A stretch of 58,700 nt of DNA, the filler included, from Callorhinchus milii (taxonomy: Eukaryota), in the NCBI RefSeq assembly GCF_018977255.1. It is 2 parts of 2 records of this genome, joined end to end, with 100 filler letters (N's around TTAATTAATTAA, not from the genome) between each part and the next. Parts side by side here need not be neighbours in the genome. Positions count along the whole stretch, not along the records: positions 29,425 to 58,700 come from NW_024705654.1; 1 more part is not named here. One strand, 5' to 3'. The notes below the pieces were generated by a model. The model saw only the letters and a list, made by a program, of their open reading frames with translations, was not told where the DNA came from and ran no database searches. Positions 48,401-58,700 of this stretch are shown one piece after another (position 1 is the stretch's first letter; each line of letters begins with the position of its first letter). The position numbers and the translations under genes were made by a program.

Positions 48401-49042
48401 AAAGTATGGAAATAACATTTCATATTGACTTAATGATGGTGATGGTTCAGTAGGCGTAACTTGTGGCCTGGTTTAATTGGAGTGGGTGTGAATATCAATA
48501 ACTTTAGCCTACCCTGTTGTTAAATTCCGACTTTAACGTTACTTTAATACATACAGATAATGAGCTTTTGTTAACTAGCGAATGCGAACTTCTGGTGACC
48601 CCGCACCTGTTTCATGGGTCTGCCTTGAGAATATACAACTTTTTAAATCAGCTCTCCCTTCCTCCAACCTTCTGCTCTGGATGTTATTCTTATTCAGGTC
48701 AAGGCCTCTTGTATCTTGTTCCTCAGCTGCGGGACAGCGTGCTTCTACTCCCTTCTGGTGCACGTGTCTAATAGCTCGGATCCTAACACACAATCAGTGA
48801 TGATTCTGCTTTCTGTTTATCTTAGACAAAGCGCCTTGCTTCTTCACTGCCTTTGCCTTGAAGCAAGGTTGCAATTCTGTCATCCTAGCCCTCCTCTCGT
48901 TCATTACTTAACAACACCTGGTGTTTTGCAGTTTGGTGCGCTTGGTGTGTTTCACTCATTAAAAAAACAAGTAAAAAGATAATATATAAAAATCATCAAA
49001 TATTATTAATCTCAATTATGGAAGAAGGGTTAGGATACAACA
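45479..49042 (-). mobile_element. LTR copy 2 (~3.56 kb), shared between the two internal units
   Basis: Same termini; PPT aaaagggcggta at 49043-49054. Confidence 0.8.
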
Positions 49043-49379
49043 TACCGCCCTTTTAAAAATGACCAGTGGTCAAATGGCCACGGGTTATTTTTAAAAAAAT
49101 GTATACCCTTCTTCCATCATGAACCATCGATTGTCCTCAAGTTTTGCTGCTATTCCTTACAACGCGCGCGTACGTGTCACAACTTAACATGGTTATATTT
49201 GAATTGAGCAAAGAAAATTAAACAAGCGTTAAACATCGATATTGCGTTACATCGGTTCTGATACATCATGACTCCGACGAATATTCATTTTTGTTTTTGT
49301 TAAATCCTGGGAAACGCTAGGTAGCGGTTTCGAACGCATTTATGCGTTACCTTCCTCATGTTGCCTCGTTCACCACTTA

Positions 49380-51780
49380 TCACTTCGATAATTCGATCAC
49401 GGTTTTCGGGTTCGTTTTTGTAGTTTCCTCTCTCACTCTCTGTGTCGTGGGAGTGTGTGGTGAAAAATTGTGCTGCACATAACCAGAATTCGCGCACACG
49501 ACCCACTTTGACACTTGGTTCGAGGCATTCGCTCTCTCTGCGATTACATGCACATTTGCCGAGTCAGTGTGTCGATTTAATTCTGTCCCTCGTAATGTTG
49601 CCCTCTTTGTTTTTACTAGTGTGTTGGATTTCAACACCATTCCCGATACGTCATGGACATTCGTCTCCATTTTAGCACTCCGATCCACATAATTTTTGGT
49701 TTCCCTTGGATATTTTCCATTCAAAGGCTCATGCCTGCGCTCCTCAGGGCGTGTCCCTGCTGTCTGTTTTTGTACTGTCCGATCACGCTTCAATGCAACC
49801 CTGTCCTTGTATTCGATCCGCGCGTCATTTACGGGAGCACTGTCCACGTTTTTGCCCGCCCTGTCACTTGCAGCCTGCCTGTATTTCACATTGAGCGCCG
49901 GGTTTAACACCTCGGCGGGTGTGGCGCGTATGGGCTGCCCGCTCTCAATCACTGTGGATGGTTCATCACGTATTTGGACCGTATTCTGTGTTATTCCTCT
50001 ATTCCCTCCTGGTATAGCCGGTGGAGGAATTGGTCGGAATTGGATCGATTGTGTTTGACCTCCCATCCTGCGATTCTCGTGAATGTTCGCATCCATACCT
50101 CCGCGGTATGTGTAACACCTTCCCGCTAGGTGGTTATCTTCCCATCTCTGTGCGTAATTTGAACCTTGCGTGTGTCGTGGGATGGGGTGTTGATATGGTT
50201 CTGCTCTGAACCTCTCCCTCCTACGATTCTCCTGCACCCTTGGCCCAGTGTTTTTCCCATTTGGGTGCCAAATTTTTCCTGGATTGTTACTTCGCCATCC
50301 CTGTGGGTAATCTTGACCTTGCGCATGTCGGGGCATGGGGTGTTGGTATGGTTCTATTCTGAACCTCCCCCTCCTGCGATTCTCCTGAATGTTCGGCTTT
50401 GTGCCGCTCTCATTCTCGTGCCAACCTCTCTCTGGGTTATTTTGCCATGTGTGCGTGCGTTTCTGCTGCTCTCTGCATGGTGGGACTGCTCGGTGATTTT
50501 TATTCCTCTCTGAGAGGCTGGGTTCCTCATCCCTCTCCCTGTGTTCTGGATCCGAATTATGATTCTTAGCTCTGTATAACCATGCCATGTACGCCTTGCT
50601 CTCTATGCGGCGTAAGGATGCGGTTTCTGGATTCAAAACCATTCTCACCCTTTCTGTAATCTCTGGGCTCAAGGATTCAAAAAACATAATTTTGAACATT
50701 TTATCCCCTTCGTGGTATTGATTCACATCGCCTGCGTAATACGCTCTTTTAAATTGGACGAGGTAGTCACGTGGATCTTGGTCCATGCCCTGGGTCATCG
50801 ATTTTACAGCATAAAACCCCTCAGTGAGTGTCGAATATTCTCCAAACTTCCGAATCACTGCCAGGCTCAATTGTTTAAAATCATTTCTAACCTTGTGTGG
50901 TAGTGACTTTACCCATGGAATAGATTCTTTATGTAAGGTCCGTTTCAACAAACTCGCTTTTTCATCCCGTCTCCTCAGCCCTCTAATCATTGCCTCCTCT
51001 TCCACTGTCGCGATATGTGTGTGGATATCCATAGTCTTATTGTGGGGGTCAAAATCGGGAATTCTGACTAGAGCCTTGTCCATCAACTTAAGGGTTTTAC
51101 TGGTGAACAGGTATTCCGAAAGTTGATTGCTGACAGCGTCATCATCAAACAAGTTATCATCAGGCAATCTGTCACTTTGGTCTGTGCTGTGTCTCTTGTG
51201 TTTAAGTGGTGTGCATTTTCTGTGTGCGCGCCCAGGGCCGTGTCGCTCGTGTTGCCATTTCCCTTCAGTTTTTGCCTCTGCCCTTAGTGTACCATGTCCT
51301 GGCGATTTTACTTTAACTTTTGTGCGATCAATCCCTGGACTCTGTCCACGTACCCAAGAGAGTGATTTGATGTTACTTCCATATTTATTCTGTGGCTCAA
51401 CGTCTGTGAGTTTCGCTGGTGTCGCGAGCTTTGATTTCTCCTCCCTCTCGAGGGTGTGAGGACATTTCTCGTCGTTTATTAGAGACGATTTCTCTCCCGT
51501 TTCCTTTCCAAATTTTCCTCATTCCACAATCCCTGTCTGTATGCCTGTGTGAGAAGGTATGAGTCCTGTCCTGCCTTCTCTGCAGTTTTTGCATCGTGTT
51601 TGCCTTCGTTACTTTTATCCAGTCAATTAGTTTCCCCCAAGGTGTGTTCGTGTTATCGATACAGCTCCCTTCCCATATGTCTCTCTGACTGTACTGCTTT
51701 GTAACAGATTGGTCGGTACGTTTAAATACGAGCTCCCCGTATCCCGTAACCCATTCAAATATTATTCTTAATCCTAGCAT
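49380..51780 (-). CDS. gag: Gag protein, copy 2 (1-bp deletions near 51515 and 51615)
   Basis: Near-identical to copy 1, with frameshifts at different positions, so the consensus is one open frame. Confidence 0.82.
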
Positions 51781-52039
51781 CTTAAGTATGGCAAGAGTTA
51801 CCTTAATATTTCTTTTCAGAGTGCATATAAACAATTGTATCACAGGATGCGTCAGTTCAACTCGAGCAAATAATCTCAGCCCAGCTGTCTTTGTTATACT
51901 CTGCTACTCTGGTATTTCCTTCAGAGCGCGTTTTGTTTGTATACCCCCGTTTACAACCACAAGGCAACGTTAGTTCACAACACTTTGATTAACACATCAG
52001 TGATTCGTTCCTGAATTCATGCATAACTGTCTGCGAGAG

Positions 52040-52060
52040 ATCCCGGAAGACGAGCCCCCA
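52040..52060 (-). promoter_or_regulatory. tRNA-Pro primer-binding site, copy 2
   Basis: Identical to 45455-45475. Confidence 0.88.
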
Positions 52061-52063
52061 TTA

Positions 52064-55000
52064 TGTTGTATATGTTGGTTATGAAAATTTGTTATGTTGT
52101 ATGCGTGCGTGGGTGAAATTATTATGTTGTATATGTGGGTTATGAATATTCAGTGGAAATAATAATAATTAAATGAAATTTGGCCAAATGTGTAATTATC
52201 CGGAAATATGTTAATTTATGTAATTACGCACATTTTAATTATGCCAATTCAAGAGGTAATCGTATTAATTATGCGAGTGGGTGTAATTATGATAATGCAA
52301 GTCGTTATGATAACCAGACCCCGGTTCACCCCGTTATCGCTTTAACATTTACTGAGTATGTATTAGTGTGTTTATTAAGGTCACCAAGTTCAAATCTCAA
52401 CGCAGAAGCAGATCTTATGCATAGATTTCAGGAAAGAATCACACAACCACTTCTGTATTGATCAATTTATTACTAATTCAACCTTAACTATGATATAGTA
52501 TGCGAACTCTCAATCCCGGAACGTCAATACGGCATCAATACAGTATCATCAACGATTGTCTGATTTCACTTTGACAACGGCACATGGATCCCGCATAACG
52601 CGATGGTTCTTAGTGAGAGAGAGAGTCGTTAAAACATGCAAATATTATGCTAAGAAAACCTTAACGTTAATGAATGATTATACTCAATATTGTTCACGCA
52701 GTACCGCACTCCTTATTGATCATACGCAACCCTTATCACGTTGTTAACACCTTGGGTCACGGAACAGTTGAATATTCTGTAGAGGATGCGAGTACGTGCG
52801 GCGATTATGACTGAAAGATACTTGAAAGATTATACGGCGATAAAAAAAAACACAATCAAAAACAGTTATTATTCTTAAAGGCACCAATCTCAACAGATAC
52901 ATCGGCAGGTTATCTCAGAACGGCTCGGAGTAAGGGCCTGCGACGGTGCTCCTTTTCCGAAGATCGTTATCTTATACCAAGTTTACTAATTGGGGACCAG
53001 ATCACCTGATAAGGATCCGGTGGGCCACCACTCCCCACGTGAGCGTGGCTCGGCGGAAGGAGGTGCCAAGAATCAGTTCGTATTGATGGATCTGTTGGGA
53101 ATTTATGCGATTAAGAGTACAGCCCACTAAATATTAAAGATAAAAATTAAGAATACTCTTATAAACGACGGAGGCCATCACTCGGTCTCGTTGTGATGCC
53201 TTTCCAGCCACGGATGGCTTATGGGTTCGAGTGTGTTTGAGTGGTAAGAGTTGTCTTGAATAGTCAGTGTTCGGAGTCGATTCTTTATGTCAAACAGACG
53301 CCTGGTGGTCGTGTGGTGAGGGGGCGGTGCGCGTCATACGTATCAGGCGCTCCCCTGTCACCGTGGTGAATGGCTCGGATGGCTGTTGATACGCTGTCGC
53401 AGTTCGGAACCCGGTCGGTAGGTGGCGCCCACAACTCGCTCGTAGCGTGCAGCGCTGGATCGTCGCCAAGTCGCGACGCTCACCACCGGCGGCAGCGGAG
53501 ATCTCCGGCGGCAGCAGAGATTGACGAGCTGAAGATGAGTCGAGCCGACCCGCTGGTCGCAGCTCGCTCCTGAGTCGACCCTCCCGGTCGAGCTCGCTCC
53601 TGGGTCGACCCGCTGGTCGCCCTCGCTCCTGAGTCGACTCTCTGGTCGCACTCCTGAGTGGACCCGCTGGTCGCACTCCTGAGTGGACCCACTGGTCGCA
53701 CTCCTCCTGAGCCGACTCTCCCGGTCGCTCCTGAGTGAACCCGCTGGTCGCACTCGTTCCTGAGTCGACCCTCCCGGTCGAGCTTCTGAGTGGACCCTCC
53801 CGTCGCACTGGTTTCCAATGCTCAGGATCCTTTACTTTATGCCGAAAAATCCCCTGGATCCCGCCCACAAGGCGGGGCTTCCGATTTTTGCTGTGTCAGG
53901 ATCTGTCCGTAGGCAGGTGTGTCCATGTGTGTGTCCGTACGTCCGTGTGTCCTTGTGTGCATCACTGACGGTATATTCCGTTGTCACACTCCCTCCATAA
54001 AACCCACGAGCAAACAATCAGATGTTACAAATTGCCTCGAAGTCGTCTCTCTGTCTGGGTGCAATATTATCTCTTGTTGGCCTTCTTCATGAACCCAAAA
54101 CACAGACGTTACAAATCGTCTCATAGGCGTCTTTGTTCGGTTGCACCACCTGGAGGGAGGGGCAACACTCTCTCCGACCCGGCGCACAAAGAAATGGTTA
54201 AAAGTTTTAAGTTAACATTTGTCCCTTACTATTTCACAGTTATGATTCTGTATGTAACCTAAGGTCTGTCGTTTCCCATCGTGGTGCTTGACTCCAGTGG
54301 AGGTGTTCCCCGAGCGTATACACACTCCTATCCCGCGCTGCGGGGATACAAAGACGGCCGGGATCTCCCTTTCTCTCCGACCCTGGGTTTAACATCGTTT
54401 TTTTATTATGTATTATATTCGACCTGGTGGTGATTCATCCCGTTATCCTGGCTTTTCCATAAGTTTTACTTTTGTCTTTTCATGCATATACTTATTACTA
54501 TAAATTTATTTCCGATATCTTAGGTTAAGGGGTAAGTTTCTTGATCCTAGGAATTCGTATTCCTTGGTGCCTGCATGGTTATATAAGCGGAATATAGTTT
54601 ACGGTGAATAGCGTTAACATTGATGTTATGTGCGATATTATGTATTGTGATGTCTTTAACTTAACTTGTTTGTCAGAGCTTTACTGACACAAAGCTGTAT
54701 TTCATAGCCCGCAGTCTTTGCCCCACCCTATCTCTGCTCGCCGTTGTTGTTGCCTGCCGTTAATTCAAGGCCTCATTAATTTCCGTCACTCCTGAGTAGG
54801 TGAGGGCGGTTGAACCTTGGAGTCAGTTCTGGTTTTTGTCTGCCTGCTTCTTCTTGTGTCCCCTGACCCCGGGAGTTATTATTCTACTTGATGGCCTGTC
54901 GAAGCCCCACTCGCTGTTGCTGGGCTGGTGTTGTTCCCGGCTTTTTGCTTACGTTTGCAGTTCGCCGTGCTCTTAATTTCCTTCCCTCGTCAACCTTATA

Positions 55001-55147
55001 TCGACTATTCGCTCCTGTCTGGGTGCGATTCAATTTTGACTTAGGAAGGTTCTGATTGTCATATGCTTCGGGTCGAGTTGTATAGAAAGTATTAAAGTAT
55101 GGAAATAACATTTCATATTGACTTAATAATGGTGATGGTTCAGTAGG
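52064..55147 (-). mobile_element. LTR copy 3, truncated by an assembly gap
   Basis: Same sequence, slightly more diverged, with ~120 extra bp at ~54845-54963. Confidence 0.8.
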
Positions 55148-55177
55148 NNNNNNNNNNNNNNNNNNNNNNNNNNNNNN
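55148..55177. other. Assembly gap (30 N)
   Basis: N run. Confidence 1.
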
Positions 55178-56090
55178 ACTGGTAGCATTCTTCATGCCCT
55201 GTTACGACGGTTGTGCTAGCTTACACAATGACAGGAAAGGATGTACGAGTGCCGCGGGGTACATAATTTGGGTGGATGCTGATTGCCTGCGACACGGGAA
55301 TTGTAGGATAATGCCAGTCGACATGTTTTCATACTAAGGACAAGAGAAGCATGCTGATTGGACCTTCCTCATTGAAAGACGGAGCAGATCTACCCCAAAC
55401 GGCCGACAGACTAGCTATCTATGGCCAAAGCAAGCACGGATAATTCTTCTCAAACTACGAATCGCCCTACGCGGGGAGCCACAAGATTATGGCCTCAGCA
55501 GACATCTTAAAAGAAACGGTGATGCGAGACACGATTCTCGGTTGGGCAAACAGGTCCCGAAAAGGAAAACACGATGGATTTTACCTCATATCATGCATTA
55601 TCAGCGGAACTCGCAGTCCTCCCGAAAGCACATGCCATTTTGGCGTCGCAAACGAACCTGGACACCTGTGATTATCAGGTTATCAATAACCTCCGACTGA
55701 GTCTAGCCTAGGAATGAGCCACTCGCTTGTTGACTAGATCGTGGATGTGTGCGGTGGAGTTCTCCGAAATTGACCAAGTGTACCGTGACTCACGGAGGTT
55801 TAACCCGCCACGAAACTCGTTCTTGTTCAAATAGGTCCAAACGGAATTGTAGACCTTATGCCGCATGTTGCCCTCTGGTGGACTCCGCATAACACTATAT
55901 GTAGATTACCATAACTGGAGACAGGACAATTAAGGAATACTACAACCGGGTCCAGAAGAACAATCCAGTCCGACCTGCCCGTATAAGTTGTCACAGTGTA
56001 CATAGAATTGAAAAGGAAAGCATGGAGCCCACACATTGCAAGATCTCCTACGGACCATGGCGCTTGCTGTACACCCCCGGAACAAATGCA
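55178..56090. other. ~0.9-kb random-like sequence after the gap (probable filler)
   Basis: Does not continue the LTR; featureless like 9493-15782. Confidence 0.6.
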
Positions 56091-56520
56091 TCACCCACCC
56101 ACTTACTCACCCACTCACTCACCCACTCTCTCACTTGCCCACTCACTCACCCACCCACCCACTCACCCACTTACCCACCCACTCACTCACTCGCCCACTC
56201 ACCCGCTTGCTCACTTACCCACTCACTCACTCACCCACTCACTCACCCACTCTCTCACTCTCTCTCCACTCACTCACTCACCCACTCACTCACCCACTCT
56301 CTCACTCTCTCTCTCACTCACTCACCCACCCACCCACTCACCCACTTACCCACCCACTCTCTCACTTGCCCACTCACCCGCTTGCTCACTTACCCACTCA
56401 CTCACTTACCCACTCACTCACCCACTCTCTCACTCTCTCTCTCACTCACTCACCCACTCACTCACCCACTCTCTCATTCACCCACTCACCCGCTTGCCCA
56501 CCCACTCACACACCCACTCC
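56091..56520. repeat. (ACTC/ACCC)n simple repeat
   Basis: Directly visible. Confidence 0.95.
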
Positions 56521-56554
56521 TCACCTCCTCCTCCCCGTGTCTCTGTCTGTGCAG

Positions 56555-56742
56555 CTATGGACGAGCCCGCTGGCGGACCGTCTGCGCTGCCACCGCAGAG
56601 ACACGGTGCGATGTCTCCTCAGCGCTGCGACATCCCGGCGACCGCTATCAACTTCGCGTCAGATCCACCGTCTTATCACCACCACCAACACCACCATCAT
56701 CCTCACCCTGGGTCGTGGTTGAGGTCTTACCCTTGAAGACAA
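56555..56742 (+). CDS. Class II cytokine receptor-like (IFNR/IL-10R/IL-20R/tissue-factor fold) exon, second half of FNIII domain D1
   Basis: gtgcag|c [62 protein letters not shown] a|gtgagt fits the YG..W...C......CD.S.......Y..RVR....S.W.....P..T pattern and phase 2 to 1 structure of this family. Confidence 0.75.
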
Positions 56743-56754
56743 GTGAGTGGCATT

Positions 56755-57527
56755 GTCTGTGTCTCTGTGTGTGAGTGTCTCTGTGTGTGTCTCTGTGTGT
56801 GTGTGTCTCTGTGTGTGAGTGTCTCTGTGTGTGTGTGTCTGTGTGTGTGTGTTTCTGTGAGTGTCTCTGTGTGTGAGTGTCTCTGTATGTGTCTGTGTGT
56901 GTGTGTGTGAGTGTGTGTGAGTGTCTCTGTGTGTGTCTGTGTGTGTGTCTGTGTGTGTGTCTCTGTGTGTCTTGTGTGTGTGTGTGTCTGTGTGTGAGTG
57001 TTTCTGGGTGTGTGTGTCTCTGTGTATGTGAGTGTCTCTGTGAGTGTCTCTGTGAGTGTCTCTGTGTGTCTCTGTGAGTGTCTCTGTGTGTGAGTGTCTC
57101 TGTGTGTGTCTCTGTGAGTGTCTCTGTGTGTGTCTCTGTGAGTGTCTCTGTGTGTGTGAGTGTCTCTGTGTGTGAGTGTCTCTGTGTGTGTGTGTGTGTG
57201 TGTGTCTCTCTGTGTGAGTGTCTCTGTGTGTGTGTGAGTGTGTGTGAGTGTCTCTGTGTGTGTCTGTGTGTGTGTCTGTGTCTCTGTGTGTCTCTGTGTG
57301 TGTGTGTGTCTGTGTGTGAGTGTCTCTGTGTGTGTGTCTCTGTGTGTGTGAGTGTCTCTGTGTGTGTGAGTGTCTCTGTGTGTGTGAGTGTCTCTGTGTG
57401 TGTGAGTGTCTCTGTGTGTGTGTGTCTCTGTGTGTGTCTCTGTGTGTGTGTGTCTCTCTCTGTGTGTGAGTGTCTCTGTGTGTGTCTCTGTGTGTGTGTG
57501 TGTCTCTGTGTGTGAGTGTCTCTGTGT
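56755..57527. repeat. (GT/CT)n compound microsatellite
   Basis: Directly visible. Confidence 0.95.
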
Positions 57528-57563
57528 GCTCCTCTTGCACCAACAGTCTGTTCAGGCTAGGGG

Positions 57564-57710
57564 GGTGAGTGAGATGACGTCATCTCCTCACCAGGTGAGT
57601 GAGATGACATCATCTCCTCACCAGGTGAGTGAGATGACGTCATCTCCTCACCAGGTGAGTGAGATGACGTCATCTCCTCACCAGGTGAGTGAGATGACGT
57701 CTCACTCACC
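57564..57710. repeat. 30-bp palindromic minisatellite (ggtgagtgagatgacgtcatctcctcacca) x ~4.9
   Basis: Directly visible. Confidence 0.95.
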
Positions 57711-57750
57711 CCTGCCCACCACCCACCCCCCCCCCCCCCCCGTGTCTCAG

Positions 57751-58324
57751 CCGTGCTGAGTGCTCCACTGTCACCTTGATGCTGCACAAGAAATCGACGG
57801 AGGAGGACAGTGACGATGACGATGATGATGATGAGGAGGAGGAGTGCCGTCATGAGGATGAGGGCTACGAAGACGATGACGACCACAAAGATGACTACGA
57901 CGATGACGATGATGACGACGACGACGATGATGATGACGGTGACGTCGCTGATGGTGTGGACCGTGTCAACAACCACCACAGCGATGACGATGATGACGGT
58001 GACGTCGCTGATGATGACGGTGACGGTGACGACGGTGACGGTGACGACGACGATGATCACGGTGACGGTGACGATGATGATGATGTGGACCGTGTCAACA
58101 ACCACCACAGCGATGACGACGGTGACCACGACGATGACGACGATGATGACGATGATGACGACGATGATGATGATGATGAGGAGGAGGCGGCGGAGTGGTG
58201 GGAGCTCTCCGTGGGGATCTCCATGAGGAGTGCGTGGAGGAGGAGAATGGCGCTTGGCGACGTGGTGCACCACCAGGAGGCAGAGATCTCCACGAGGGGG
58301 GGCGGCACTACCAGCACGATGAGG
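57751..58324 (+). CDS. Class II cytokine receptor-like exon, first half of D2, with Asp-rich insert (1-bp deletion at ~57766)
   Basis: gtctcag|(T)VLSAP[+1]TVTLMLHKKSTEEDSDDD...EEEAAEWWELSVGISMRSAWRRRMALGDVVHHQEAEISTRGGGTTSTMR|gtgggt; phase 1 to 0 after correction; TVLSAPTVTL resembles the T.I.PP.V.V interdomain linker. Confidence 0.55.
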
Positions 58325-58660
58325 GTGGGTGGTGGGTGGGTGAGTGGGTGGGTGAGTGGGTGGGTGAGTGGGTGGGTGGGTGGGTGAGTGGGTGGGTCGG
58401 TGGGTAGGTGAGTGGGTGGGTGGGTGGGTGGGTGAGTGGGTGGGTGGTGAGTGGGTGGGTGGGTGAGTGGGTGAGTGGGTGAGTGGGTGGGTGGGTGAGT
58501 GGGTGGGTGGGTGAGTGGGTGGGTGGGTGAGTGGGTGGGTGGGTGAGTGGGTGGGTGAGTGGGTGCGTGGGTGGGTGAGTTGAGTGGGTGGGTGGGTGGG
58601 TGAGTGGGTGGTGGGTGGGTGAGTGGGTGGGTGGGTGGGTGAGTGGGTGGGTGGGTGATG
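58325..58660. repeat. (GGGT/GAGT)n simple repeat
   Basis: Directly visible. Confidence 0.95.
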
Positions 58661-58700
58661 ATGCTGCTACTACTACTAATGCTGCTACTACTATAATGAT

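Overview
Repeat-rich vertebrate genomic DNA, most likely lamprey (inferred from GC-rich exons, simple-repeat introns and the TE spectrum), with unpolished long-read indels. Two pieces are joined at 29325-29424 by an artificial N44-TTAATTAATTAA-N44 linker. The left half holds a five-coding-exon FGF8/17/18-family gene on the minus strand (ATG 27224, stop 6920) with an unusual ~90-residue Thr-rich insert just before the C-terminal HFLKR strand. In and around it are 23-bp satellite arrays, RTE LINE fragments, a tRNA-SINE, a Gypsy gag-protease remnant, and a head-to-head palindromic Penelope insertion with a 12-bp TSD and minimal hammerhead ribozymes. The right half holds a Gypsy integrase plus probable LTR, a decayed Penelope, and the most novel-looking structure: a tandem LTR-gag-LTR-gag-LTR array of a pol-less retroelement with ~3.6-3.7 kb LTRs, a tRNA-Pro PBS, a variable-copy array of covarying stem-loops in each LTR and a ~100-nt hairpin around the PPT. 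It ends with two exons of a class II cytokine receptor-like gene carrying a ~130-residue Asp-rich insert. Blocks at 9493-15782, 55178-56090 and possibly 35365-35970 look like random filler rather than genomic DNA.
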